Below are positions 34,843-45,208 of a DNA stretch of 64,000 nucleotides, piece by piece. The translations under genes and the position numbers were made by a program. This DNA is from Opitutales bacterium (GTDB lineage: Bacteria > Verrucomicrobiota > Verrucomicrobiia > Opitutales > UBA2987). How positions within the stretch are numbered: position 1 is the first letter of the stretch; every line of letters begins with the position of its first letter. The notes beneath the pieces were generated by a model. It did not search any database. It was not told the DNA's origin and saw only the letters and a list, made by a program, of their open reading frames with translations. The stretch spans positions 256,001 through 320,000 of the forward strand of contig CBDDEL010000010.1 in NCBI GenBank assembly GCA_965226885.1, given 5' to 3'.

Positions 34843-36888
34843 ATGCGTAAAATTTCCACAGTTTTGAATACCTTGATCTGGGGCGCCCTTTCCGTTTGGG
34901 CGGGCCCGGTCTTTATCAATGAAATCCACTACGATAATGCGAGCTTCGATGTGAACGAAGGGGTTGAAATTGCCGGGACTGCCGGGACCAATCTAAATAA
35001 CTGGAGCCTTGCCCTCTACAACGGCAACAACAAAAAGGTTTATGACACCATTGCCTTGATCGGACTTATTCCGCAGGAAAGCAATGGGGCCGGAACGATA
35101 TTTTTTCTCTTCGAACCCCTGCAAAATGGTCCTAACGATGGCATTGCCTTGGTCAATTCCTCCGGCTCTGTGGTCGAGTTTTTAAGCTATGAGGGAACCC
35201 TCCTGGCTCTGGATGGACCCGCCGTTGGATTGACCAGCGTTGATATCGGCGTCGAAGAAAGTAACTCCACAACACCCATCGGCGATTCCCTGCAACTTGC
35301 GGGCACGGGAAACGATTCGACCGACTTTGCCTGGGTAAGTCCTTTGGCTCGCAGTTATGGCGCCATCAATGCCAACCAGACCTTTACCGCCTCGACCACC
35401 GATCTGGCGCCATCGGTATTCGAGACAAACCCTGCCGATGGGGCCGCCAGTGTTTCCGTGGATGCGGATATTGTCGTCACATTCACCGAAACGGTCGATG
35501 CGACCGGCCAATGGTATTCGGTCGAGAGCAGCCTATCGGGGGCGGTATCGGTTCAAGTCACCGGCGGCCCTACGGTTTATACCCTCCAACCGTTGATCGA
35601 TTTTGCGGAAGGGGATACGATCACAGTAACCGTTTTCGGTGATAACGTTGAGGACCTCGATGGCGATGCCGACAACATGGCCGCGGATTTCAACTGGAGC
35701 TTCATAGTGTTCGACAGCTCGCAATTCCAGATCGATCCGATTCCTGCCGGCTACTATTCCACGGCCGAGGGAAAAACCGGAACGGATCTGGCCGACGCCC
35801 TGCATGACGTCATCGAGGGCCATACGGTGGTCTCCTACGATCTGGCCGATGAGGCCTTTCAGATGATGCTTGACCTCGATCCTTTCAGCCAGGGAAACGT
35901 TGTTTTGATCTACTCCCGTGCCCCCGCTGCCTTTGGCGATTTTCCCAGTGTATGGAACCGTGAGCACCTGTGGGCGCGTTCCCGCGGACTCGATGATTCG
36001 GGGGCGGATCATGCCGATCTTTTCAACCTCAGGCCGAGTTATGCCTCCATTAACAGCAGCCGAGGCAACCTCATTTTTGACGATAGCGATCCGGGCGATT
36101 CCGCTTATCTTCCCCCCGGTTCATTCGTGCTGGCCCCGGAAGTGTCCCGCGATGCGGATTCCTGGGAGCCGCCCGACAGCGTGAAGGGAGAGATCGGCCG
36201 GGCCATGTTTTACATGGCGGTGCGGTATGATGGCAGCGATTCCTCGACCCAGGACCTGGTTTTAAACAACGATCCCCAATTTATCAGTGGCAACTTTATC
36301 CCCCAAATGGGAATTTTGGATACCTTGCTGGACTGGAATCGCGAGCATCCCGTGACCGATGCCGAACGCCTTAGAAACCAGAAAATCTACAATGATTTTC
36401 AGGAAAACCGAAATCCATTCATCGACTATTCGGAGTTTGTGGACGTTATATATACGGCCGATCTATTCATCACGGAAGGTTCCTGGAAAGTAACGCACTT
36501 TACCCTCAATGAAATATTGGATGCCGACATCTCGGGCAGGGACGCCGATCCCGATAATGAAGGGGTTAAAAATTTACTCGAATTGGCTTTTAATATGAAC
36601 CCCAAAGCGCCGGATCTGGAGCATTTGCCGCAGATAGTTTCAAATGAAAATGGCGTTCCAGTTTTTAACTACCGGAGGCTTTCCAACCTGGAAAAATCCG
36701 GTCTCGAATACACGTTGCAATACACGGACGATTTATCGGTGGAAGGTGGCGGATGGGTCGCCCTGGACCTGCAACAGGTTGTTGTTACTGAGACGCCCAT
36801 GGGAATGACGATCCAGGTTGATGTGGAAGATTCCACTTTTATTCCTGGAACAACCGCTGCCCGGTTCTATCGTCTGGTGGTTGATTGA
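34843..36888 (+). CDS. Secreted endonuclease I-family nuclease with lamin-tail-like and Ig-like domains
   Basis: Signal peptide; VFINEIHYDN; WNREHLWARS, HADLFNLRP, KGEIGRAMFYMAVRY, NRNPFID. Confidence 0.88.
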   Translation: MRKISTVLNTLIWGALSVWAGPVFINEIHYDNASFDVNEGVEIAGTAGTNLNNWSLALYNGNNKKVYDTIALIGLIPQESNGAGTIFFLFEPLQNGPNDGIALVNSSGSVVEFLSYEGTLLALDGPAVGLTSVDIGVEESNSTTPIGDSLQLAGTGNDSTDFAWVSPLARSYGAINANQTFTASTTDLAPSVFETNPADGAASVSVDADIVVTFTETVDATGQWYSVESSLSGAVSVQVTGGPTVYTLQPLIDFAEGDTITVTVFGDNVEDLDGDADNMAADFNWSFIVFDSSQFQIDPIPAGYYSTAEGKTGTDLADALHDVIEGHTVVSYDLADEAFQMMLDLDPFSQGNVVLIYSRAPAAFGDFPSVWNREHLWARSRGLDDSGADHADLFNLRPSYASINSSRGNLIFDDSDPGDSAYLPPGSFVLAPEVSRDADSWEPPDSVKGEIGRAMFYMAVRYDGSDSSTQDLVLNNDPQFISGNFIPQMGILDTLLDWNREHPVTDAERLRNQKIYNDFQENRNPFIDYSEFVDVIYTADLFITEGSWKVTHFTLNEILDADISGRDADPDNEGVKNLLELAFNMNPKAPDLEHLPQIVSNENGVPVFNYRRLSNLEKSGLEYTLQYTDDLSVEGGGWVALDLQQVVVTETPMGMTIQVDVEDSTFIPGTTAARFYRLVVD

Positions 36889-36966
36889 GGCTATGATCCG
36901 CGCTTTAAATAATTGTAACGAAATGAAATGAAGTGAAGCCTATACCTATATGATTATAATAATACC

Positions 36967-37218
36967 ATGAAGGAAGACTCTAACGATCCAAAAACGAAAA
37001 TCGCTCAATCGTCTGTGTTGACCGTCATCGGCCAGCATCCCGTCATGGCGGTTGTTTTGGTTAGCTTTACAATTTTGGGGGCCGTCGCGGGTTATTTCCT
37101 ATTGACAGGCGAATGGTCCGTTCTTCGGCGGATTGCGGGGGGCGCCATCGGTGGTTGTGGAGTCGGTTTTCTGCTCACCGTATCTCGAATGATAGGGGCC
37201 TGGAAAGGCGAATTATAG
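36967..37218 (+). CDS. Small membrane protein
   Basis: 83 aa, two hydrophobic helices, fills the intergenic gap. Confidence 0.65.
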   Translation: MKEDSNDPKTKIAQSSVLTVIGQHPVMAVVLVSFTILGAVAGYFLLTGEWSVLRRIAGGAIGGCGVGFLLTVSRMIGAWKGEL

Positions 37219-37232
37219 CGCTGGTATTAACC

Positions 37233-38543
37233 CTAATTGCGATCTTTTTTAATCTTTCTGTGGACGCCGTTTTTGTCTCCGTAGGGCAGCGGTTTAGGAT
37301 CCAGCATTGCGACCAGTTTTTGCCTGATTGCCGAGGCGCAGAAAACGTTCCCCCTTGGGTTGTAGTGGCCGATGTAGTAACGCTCAAGATATTCCTTAAC
37401 GCCAAGTTTGAACTGGGAAAACTCCTTTTGATGGGCCTCCAATAAGTCGATATAGGGCAGTTTTTTTCGATTCATGTAATCGACAAATGTTTGATCGGGG
37501 CGGGCTCCGTTCTCCAAATATTCAGCCAGGTAGCGCGCGGGATAAGAAAGGACGTAGAGGACTTTTTTATCGTGATTTTGGGCAAAGGCTTCGATCTTGT
37601 CGACCATGGGCCGGGAAGAGAAATAGGCGGCTTTTCGATGCAGGTCGCTGGCTGTCCGGTCGAGGGCTTGGCTGGAATCGATGCTCGAAACCACGCCGTG
37701 GGTGGTGGCCAGTTCCATGATATCGGCAAAGGCCTGGGCGGGGTTGCCGCTTTTTGCGTTCAGATGAGCGACAATGATTTTTAAAACGAGGTTGTCTTTA
37801 AAGGTTTCGTAAACCCAATCAAAATCGGTTAGATGGTAAACGCTTTGAGGCGTAGGGCAGGGATTGGGCTCCTCCGAAATCGATTCTTCCCTCGGATTGA
37901 CTTTCAAATAAGGAAGCGTCGGTTCGATAAACAGGTTGTGTTTGCGTGCCCGGATATTTCTCCAAGCGTCGAGGTTGCGAAAATGATCGTCTTCGTAAAT
38001 GTTGAACAGTATCATCCTGGCGGGATTGCGCTTTTCCTCTTTCAACATTCGCAGGTAGGCCTGGTAAACCGACCAGCCCCCCACGCCGAAATTTCTGACC
38101 GGTTCGAGCAAATGCGCTGCCAGGACCTCCTGCCATGTCTCGGCATCGTTCACCTGATGGCATTGTGTAAAGCTGTTGCCATAGGTGTTGATGCGGCAGG
38201 GCTGGTCGGCGTAATTGAGAAGAATTCGTTCGTCTAATGCACCAAAGGTATAGGTGCAAATGGAATTGTCCACGCCGTCCACGAACCGTCCGCTGCGCAG
38301 CAACCAACCGAATTCACTGCTGTATTTTGCAAAAGGAAAAGCTTTCCCCGCCAGCCAGTCGTCCACCTCCTGCCGGGAATAAAGAATGCTCCGCAAAAAC
38401 GATTCAGTCGTCACCGGTTGGCTGCTTTTCATGATCGGGTCTGAACTTGGGGTATTATTTCTGTTATCGGCAGAATAAGCGCGAGCTGACTGCACTCCAA
38501 GACCAGCCAAGGCGCTTTTTTTCAAAAATTCCCTACGACGCAT
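37233..38543 (-). CDS. Tat-exported hypothetical protein, SGNH-hydrolase-like
   Basis: MRRREFLKK twin-arginine motif; YGNSFT, NFGVGG, GHYNPRGN. Confidence 0.75.
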   Translation of the reverse strand: MRRREFLKKSALAGLGVQSARAYSADNRNNTPSSDPIMKSSQPVTTESFLRSILYSRQEVDDWLAGKAFPFAKYSSEFGWLLRSGRFVDGVDNSICTYTFGALDERILLNYADQPCRINTYGNSFTQCHQVNDAETWQEVLAAHLLEPVRNFGVGGWSVYQAYLRMLKEEKRNPARMILFNIYEDDHFRNLDAWRNIRARKHNLFIEPTLPYLKVNPREESISEEPNPCPTPQSVYHLTDFDWVYETFKDNLVLKIIVAHLNAKSGNPAQAFADIMELATTHGVVSSIDSSQALDRTASDLHRKAAYFSSRPMVDKIEAFAQNHDKKVLYVLSYPARYLAEYLENGARPDQTFVDYMNRKKLPYIDLLEAHQKEFSQFKLGVKEYLERYYIGHYNPRGNVFCASAIRQKLVAMLDPKPLPYGDKNGVHRKIKKDRN

Positions 38544-38615
38544 TCTTCAACTTATGGCCATTAGCAGCCGGAAACAATCAGAAATAGCGGCGCAGTTCAA
38601 TTTTTTCGTTAGGCT

Positions 38616-39593
38616 TTACTCGACTGTGCTTTGGAATTTGGCCATTAGGTAGGCGCCTGCGGTGACGGGTGGGTATTTTGGCTTTTCTCCTTCTTTCAGG
38701 CAGGTGGGTATGCAGGCGATTTGCGCGTCCCAATTGGGCATGTGGAAAAACGCCATTGATTGGCGGCGGGGGAGAACCTGCACGGAATTTTGCGGAGCTT
38801 TTACCCGGTGCAGGGTGGATACCCAATGGTCGTTGGTCCAGGTCGATAGCATGTCCCCGATGTTGACGGCAAAGGCTCCGGGGATTACGGGCACTTCCTG
38901 CCATTCTCCTTTCGGGGTAAATATTTCCAGGCCGCAGGAACCTTCTTCGGGCAGGAGTATGGTGAGGCTTCCATAATCCGAATGGGCGCCGGCCCTTTGC
39001 TGGCCTTTTTTTGGTGGATTGCGGTTTTCGGGGTAATTGATGGCCCGCATGGCGCTGGCCGGGGTGTCGATATAGGGATCGAAATAATTCTCCGGCAGGT
39101 CTAGCGCGAGGGCGAATATTTTCATGATAGTGGCCCCTAGATCGCTCAATACCCTGAAGTAAGAGATGAAGGCATCTTTCAGTTCGGGTGGATTTTCCGG
39201 CCACAGGGTTGGTGAATAGGTAAATTTAGCCCCTGGCGCGTCTTCTAAATTGTCCGGGCGTTGGAGAGGGCCCATGTTGAGTGTTTCCTTGAGATCGGGC
39301 GGCGTGTCCACGCCCCGGGATTTGGCCAGGGCCTCCACCGCAAAGGGGATATAGCCGTAGGGATTGCCCCCATCGAGAGCCTTGTTTTTCAGCTTTTCCT
39401 CCGGGGGAAGGTCGAAAAACCGCCGGGCTGAATTCCACGCGGGGTCAATGGTGGTTTTATTTATCCGATGTCCCGTTATGGCTAGAAATCCGGTTTCCCG
39501 GCAAATGGAATCGACCCGCTTGGCCAGTGCCATCTTGTCAACACTGTCACCATTAGAAAATGGAGATATATCAACAATCGGAAAAAAACTCAT
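38616..39593 (-). CDS. Isopenicillin N synthase-like 2OG-Fe(II) dioxygenase
   Basis: PIVDIS, HSDYGSLTIL, NIGDML, STLHRV, RQS. Confidence 0.92.
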   Translation of the reverse strand: MSFFPIVDISPFSNGDSVDKMALAKRVDSICRETGFLAITGHRINKTTIDPAWNSARRFFDLPPEEKLKNKALDGGNPYGYIPFAVEALAKSRGVDTPPDLKETLNMGPLQRPDNLEDAPGAKFTYSPTLWPENPPELKDAFISYFRVLSDLGATIMKIFALALDLPENYFDPYIDTPASAMRAINYPENRNPPKKGQQRAGAHSDYGSLTILLPEEGSCGLEIFTPKGEWQEVPVIPGAFAVNIGDMLSTWTNDHWVSTLHRVKAPQNSVQVLPRRQSMAFFHMPNWDAQIACIPTCLKEGEKPKYPPVTAGAYLMAKFQSTVE

Positions 39594-39683
39594 AATTCCA
39601 AAAATGAATACTATTTATTGGTATACTGCAAAAGTAATAAGCACCCGACCAATATTCAGGGTAGAATTATTTCTTTCACAGGG

Positions 39684-40928
39684 TTAAAAATAGCGGCGTA
39701 TTTCTATTTGCAGGAAGTTGTCTTTGCGGAGTGAGTAGGTGGGGTCGTTGGGGGCTGATCGGTGGAAGGATTGCCCTTCGATGATAAGTTTGTATTTGCT
39801 CCCGATGCGGCGCTCGAATTCGGCGCGGAGAGATGTTGCGCCGTTGTCGGGATCGTAAATGACTCCGCCCAGGAAGGAGGTGTCCCGCTCGTCGTTGAAG
39901 GCCAGACGGGCGCCGCTGAAGATGTCGTGGTTGAATGGGGTGTCGGCCCTGTCGCCACGGCTGTCGTAATGGTATTCGGCGATGGTGCCAATATCCATGC
40001 TGGAGCCGAAAACTCCGTAAAAAGTGTATTCAAAACCTCCCGTAAAAGCCTCGAAATTCTGGTGTTGGCCGGAGCAGGAGATGCCTTCAAATTTTAGCAA
40101 CCAGCCGCCAGTGGTATATTGCAGGTCGAGGCCAACCTGCTGGATGAGAAAGTAGGCCGGACGGAGAAAAATCTCCCCATTGGGCCGGGCATCGGGTATG
40201 AATACGGGATCCCTGCCGGTGCCGTTAAAATAGGAGAGGCCGACATCGATATTTCCGAAATAGTTGGCATAACGGAGAGCGAAATCAGGATGCCATTGCT
40301 CGGAGGAAGATTCGTAGATGGGGCGGCCGGTGTCCACCTCCGGTTGAGAGCGCAAACGGCCTTCGGGGCCTGGAAAGGTGCGTTCCCGGAAATAGGGAAG
40401 GAGGTAAAAATCGAAGGTTCCCCAGTTGGATGGAATACTAAGGTTGACCATGGGCTGGCCCAATTTTTCCTCCCCGTCGATGTTTTCCACGAGGTCGGTC
40501 TGATTGATGATATCTACCAGGTGGCGCGATTCGGTGACGCCCCAGAACACTTTGCCCACGCCGACTCGAAGCTCCCAAGCGTCGCTGATTTTTTGAAAAT
40601 AAAATTCCCGAAGATCGAAATGGGAGCGGTCGGGATCGGAGGTGTCGAGGCGGAAGTATGGAGTGGCGGTGAAGGAAAGGTCGCGGTTTTCCGATTCCTT
40701 GAAGAGTTCAATCTCCAAACTTAGAGAAGCGGAAGCCCTGCCGGACTGTCGATCGTCCAGGGGTTTTTTTGCGAAACCCCGAATTTCGCTTCCCACATAA
40801 CCGGTGGCCTCCCAGTTCTCGAAAAAAGCGGCATTGAGCACGGGGCTGGAGAACGCCAACCCCAAACTCAAACCCAACCCCGCAAGCCTGAGACCCTTTC
40901 GGGTAAAATATTGATCGTTAGCGGACAT
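39684..40928 (-). CDS. Outer-membrane beta-barrel-like protein associated with an MMPL/LolA-like locus
   Basis: Signal peptide, KVFWGVTES and DIINQTD motifs, C-terminal F; start reassigned to ATG 40928. Confidence 0.75.
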   Translation of the reverse strand: MSANDQYFTRKGLRLAGLGLSLGLAFSSPVLNAAFFENWEATGYVGSEIRGFAKKPLDDRQSGRASASLSLEIELFKESENRDLSFTATPYFRLDTSDPDRSHFDLREFYFQKISDAWELRVGVGKVFWGVTESRHLVDIINQTDLVENIDGEEKLGQPMVNLSIPSNWGTFDFYLLPYFRERTFPGPEGRLRSQPEVDTGRPIYESSSEQWHPDFALRYANYFGNIDVGLSYFNGTGRDPVFIPDARPNGEIFLRPAYFLIQQVGLDLQYTTGGWLLKFEGISCSGQHQNFEAFTGGFEYTFYGVFGSSMDIGTIAEYHYDSRGDRADTPFNHDIFSGARLAFNDERDTSFLGGVIYDPDNGATSLRAEFERRIGSKYKLIIEGQSFHRSAPNDPTYSLRKDNFLQIEIRRYF

Positions 40929-41799
40929 TGCGCAGGGTGTCGCGCTCGAAGTCGCGATCCTTGAAACCTTGGGTGAATTCATAACCGTCCCATTCCAGAA
41001 GGGTGCTCTTGCCCGTCTGGTGGTTGACCATGTTGAATTTCTCCGCCCTCCAGAAGCCATTCCCATTCCCATAGAGGTTGAAGTTGTGCTGGGTGAGGGT
41101 TTTCAACAGTTCGCCTTTGCGATCGTAATAATCGATCTTGAGGCTTCGGTATTCCTCCTTGTCGTACCAGGCCACCTGCCTTGTGTAGCCCGAATTGGGA
41201 TCGACCGGGTAGCGCTCGACAACGTAGCTGCTTTTGCCGTCAAGAACCTCTTCGCGGAGGTATTTGTAAGTGTATTTTTCCACCTCCTGAGAAGAGAGGT
41301 CTTCGTAGGAGAATTCGCTGCCCACGAAGGGGCCGGATTTGTTGTTGGCGGAAATGCGCTTCACCCTTTTCAAGGCGGGCAAGTAGAGCCATTGGTCGTC
41401 ATTGCCGACAATCTGGGTGTGGACGAGAAAAGCGGTTCCTTTGACGTCGCGCGGATAGTCGAAAACGATGAGATTTTTATCGCCCGCATCGAGCTGTTCG
41501 AGGGAGCGAAAACGCATTTGCCTTGAGCTGGAATCGCCGTGGCGGTTGCGCAGAATCATTTTGGCATCGGCAGCCCAGTCTCCCCAACCGGAGTCCCTGG
41601 CTTCGACCGCTTCCGCAATGGCGAGGCCTTTTTCGGCGGGAGATTGTATTTTATCGATGGTGGGTTCGGCAATGTCCGCCAAGGCCAGGTTTCCCGACAA
41701 GAGGAGGGTGAGGGCGAACGGCAGGATTTTGTTGCTAACCCGGCCGTGGCGGCTGGATGGATTGGCGATTGAATTATAAGGTGATAGGTTCGTTTTCAT
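40918..41799 (-). CDS. Outer-membrane lipoprotein-sorting (LolA-like) protein
   Basis: DVKGTAFL, DDQWLYLPALKRVKRI, GSEFSYEDL; start reassigned to ATG 41799. Confidence 0.87.
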   Translation of the reverse strand: MKTNLSPYNSIANPSSRHGRVSNKILPFALTLLLSGNLALADIAEPTIDKIQSPAEKGLAIAEAVEARDSGWGDWAADAKMILRNRHGDSSSRQMRFRSLEQLDAGDKNLIVFDYPRDVKGTAFLVHTQIVGNDDQWLYLPALKRVKRISANNKSGPFVGSEFSYEDLSSQEVEKYTYKYLREEVLDGKSSYVVERYPVDPNSGYTRQVAWYDKEEYRSLKIDYYDRKGELLKTLTQHNFNLYGNGNGFWRAEKFNMVNHQTGKSTLLEWDGYEFTQGFKDRDFERDTLRNVR

Positions 41800-44217
41800 A
41801 GGTAAGTGTTCCTTTAATAGATTCCAGTTTTTGAGTTTGTGATTTTTTACGATCGAAAGTGAGAAGCAGGGCGGGCAGGAAGAGGAAATCGGCAATCAGG
41901 GCGAAGGCGATGACGATGGCCGTTAGCTGGCCCATCCAGGCGTTGAGCCGGAAGGTGGAAAGGCTTAATATGGCGAATCCCACCACAAGTATGATTGTGG
42001 TGTAGACAAGCGCCTCACCCACCCGGTTGAAGGCGAACCTGACGGCATCTTCGGCATCAAGATTATGCTCACGGCGGCCCCTCAGGTACTTGCTTAAAAA
42101 GTGCACCGTATCGTCCACCACGATGCCGAGGGTCATGCCGGTGACAGCGGACAGTGAGAGGCCCATTTCGCCAATGAGCATTCCCCAAAGACCAAACCCA
42201 AGAATGGCCGGCACGAAGTTGGGGACGAGGCTGATGAACCCATATCGGCTACTACGCAGGGCAATTGCCAGTATGAATGAAATGAGAAGGACTACGCAGG
42301 GCAATTGCCAGTATGAATGAAATGAGAAGGACAGCGAGGGCCGTTCCGGTGAGCATGCCCTTGATGTTGCGCTCGGAAAGGTGGGCGAACATGACCGAAG
42401 GGCTGGTGGCCTCCGCCTGCATGATCTCCGGAAAATTCTCCTTTTGCCAGAGTTCGGCCCGGTCCATGAGTGCCCTCATTTTCTGGGTCGAAATATTGGC
42501 CAGGACGACGGTCAAGCGTGAGGCCGACTTGTCCACGTTTATCACGTTGTTCACATCGAGGCCGTAAGGCAGGGACATTTCGTAAAGAAGAAGGTATTGG
42601 GCGGCCAGGTTTCGTTCGTCCGGGATGCGATACCAGGAGGGGTCGTCGCCGTGCATGTTTTTATTGAGCTTTTTGAGGGTGTCCGAAAGGGTGACCACCT
42701 GCTGCACTCCGGGCTGCTCCCGATACCAATGAGTAAAGGCATCGAGGCCCTCGAGGTAAGAAGGGTTGCTGATGCCGCTGGATTCGCCGGAGGGGATCGA
42801 ATACTCGATGCTGTATATACCGGTCAGGTTATCCATGGAATAATCGGTATCCTGCCGGAAAGTGGTATCGGTGCTGAAGTATTCGACCCACTGGTCGTTG
42901 AGTTCGATGCGGGTCAGAAAAAACGCCAGCAGAGCGGTAACTGCGACCGAACCCCAAAGAAAGACCGGCCTATTCCGAATAAGGGCGTTGGCCAGGCCAT
43001 CCATCCAGACCGGCGTTTCCCTTTTGTGTTTGCCAGCCTTAACGGGTAGCAAGGACATTAATGCGGGCAGGAAAAATATGGTGAATAACCAGGCCGCCCC
43101 CACTCCCATGGCGACCACGTTGCCGAGATGGCGGAAAGGCGGCGAGTCGCTGAAATTCATGCTCAGGAAACCGATGGCGGTTGTCAGGGAGGTGAGAAAG
43201 AGCGGTTGGAAATTAGTCCTTACGCTTTCCACTATTGCATCCCTACGGGTACGCCCGCGGCCCATCTCCTTGAAAAATGTGACCAGCAGATGGATGCTGT
43301 CGGCCACCGCCAGGGTCATGATCATGGTTGGCGCGGTGGAGACTATGGGGGACAGCGGGATGCCCAGCCAACCCATCAGGCCCATGCCGGTGATGACGGA
43401 GAAGAAGATCATCATAACAGCCCCGAAGGTGCCCGCCACCGAGCGCAAGAGGAGGGCCATGACAGTGAAAATGCCTAAGGGCCATGACAGTGAAAATGCC
43501 TAGATACATGAGTGGCATGATGGAGGACATGTCTTGAATACTCGATTCGCCAAAGGCGTTGTTGAGCATGACGATACCGGTCAGTCGCACATCGAAGCCG
43601 GGATACTTTTGCTCAAATTCGGCAGCCAGTTCTCGGGAAGCAGCAGCCACCTTCATGGCTTCGGTATTCTCCTTTTCAGGTAAAGTGAGAGTGACGCTTA
43701 TGCCGGTAACCTTTTCATTTGCGCCAATTAAGCGGTTGTTTAAAAGCGGTTCGCGGTAGGCGATCACTTTGGCTTGGTCTAATTCTTGCGGGGTAACATT
43801 GGCCGGATCGGGCACCAGGTCACCGACCAGCAGATCGTCTTCTATGGCCTGGGAATGCTGAAAATTGGTGATCGAATCGACCCGGGTGGCAAAGGGGAGC
43901 TTCCAGGCTTGATCGGTCAGCCACGAAACCGCCTGGAGGTAATTTTTGGAAAAGACTAAATCTTTATCCTGTGTGAGGACGAAAATCACATTGTTGTCTT
44001 TGGTGTAGGTATTGCGGATGGCTTCGTAAGCAACCAATTGTGGGTTGTCCTTGCCAAAAAATACCCGGTAGTCGTTTTTCATTTCAATGCGGCCAAGACC
44101 AGTGCCGGCTGCGGCAACAAGGGCCAGTGTGGCTACGATAATGGGCCACCGCCAGCGCAGGACCCAGCGGCCAAATCGTTCCGGGGAGAAGGTGTTCAGG
44201 AGATTTTTTGTATTCAT
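41774..44217 (-). pseudogene. MMPL/RND-family transporter frameshifted by 25-bp and 40-bp tandem duplications
   Basis: Three consecutive ORF pieces (AVADSIH, GIVVDDTVHF); breakpoints coincide with duplications at 43453-43502 and 42251-42330. Confidence 0.9.
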
Positions 44218-44231
44218 GTTATATTAGTGTT

Positions 44232-44253
44232 AGAAGTGAATATTTACTTACAT
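44232..44253. promoter_or_regulatory. Putative TetR operator upstream of the MMPL operon
   Basis: 19/22 match to 44981-45002. Confidence 0.6.
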
Positions 44254-44269
44254 TTTAAATTAAATTTTT

Positions 44270-44971
44270 TTACTCAATATGCTTCAGCATCCGGTTGAAG
44301 TCTCTGTCCAGCTTATCGAAGTCCAGGTATTTTTCCATGGCTTCGTCTTTCAGGCCCATGCCTCGAAGGGCGAACCAGGTGGTATCCTGAATCAAGGCTT
44401 CGGAGTTTCGCTGGTAGTTGAAGACCGGCTCGGGCGGAAGGCTGTTTAGGCGCTGTACGATAGTCATGTTGTGGGTAAACCAGAGCCGCTCCTCTTCGCT
44501 GAGGGGAGAGGCAACCATGTCGCCCGCCTCGGTTGCCGCCTGCAAGGAGGCCTTGAAGGGCTTCATTATTTTATAAAAACTGCCTTCCAGAAAAGTGCGG
44601 GCGAATTTGCCGTCTTCGGTCATGCTTTTGAACATAAGGCGCGGCAGGGCATCGGTATCCGCTGTGCCCATGGGATCCTTAATACAGCGAACCATTAAAT
44701 AGGTGAATAGAACCAGCGTTTCAGTTGAAGGCTCGAGTTTAAAAATCTGTGACATGACGCTGGCTTTGGCGGTGCACAGGCAATCTTGAATAGCCCCAAA
44801 AAGGCTTTCTTTGCCGGGAAAATGCCGGTAGAGGAGGGCTTCGGAAACCTCGGCTGCCTCGGCGATGTCTTTTGTCGTCGTGCCCACGAACCCCTTTCTG
44901 GCAAAGAGCGGGGTGGCCGCATCGATGATTGCCTGTTTTCTTTCCTCTGAACTGAGTCTGATTTCTACCAT
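44270..44971 (-). CDS. TetR/AcrR-family regulator
   Basis: FARKGFVGTTTKDIAEAAEVSEALLYRHFPGKE HTH. Confidence 0.93.
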   Translation of the reverse strand: MVEIRLSSEERKQAIIDAATPLFARKGFVGTTTKDIAEAAEVSEALLYRHFPGKESLFGAIQDCLCTAKASVMSQIFKLEPSTETLVLFTYLMVRCIKDPMGTADTDALPRLMFKSMTEDGKFARTFLEGSFYKIMKPFKASLQAATEAGDMVASPLSEEERLWFTHNMTIVQRLNSLPPEPVFNYQRNSEALIQDTTWFALRGMGLKDEAMEKYLDFDKLDRDFNRMLKHIE

Positions 44972-44984
44972 GATTAAACAAGAA

Positions 44985-45000
44985 GTAAGTGTTTACTTAC
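44985..45000. promoter_or_regulatory. Putative TetR autoregulatory operator
   Basis: Palindrome GTAAGT-GTTT-ACTTAC just upstream of the tetR start. Confidence 0.62.
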
Positions 45001-45063
45001 ATGTGTCAATGCTTTTTTTTATTTTTTTAATAAATTTTCATGCCTGGGTTTGCCGGAGGGGAC

Positions 45064-45092
45064 TTGACAAGCACAAGAGGGGGATTAATAAT
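45064..45092 (+). promoter_or_regulatory. Putative sigma70 promoter of the nusA operon
   Basis: TTGACA-17 bp-AATAAT. Confidence 0.5.
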
Positions 45093-45120
45093 ATTTTTTT
45101 TCTAAAACCTCTTTTCAATT

Positions 45121-45150
45121 AAGAGTGGGTTTACGCCCGCTTTTTTTTTT
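45121..45150 (+). terminator. Leader hairpin and U-tract upstream of nusA (attenuator-like)
   Basis: AAGAGTGGG-TTTACG-CCCGC followed by T10. Confidence 0.6.
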
Positions 45151-45208
45151 CTATATAAACTTTACTCAACATCTTTCTATATAAACTTTACTCAACATCG
45201 ATACAGCA

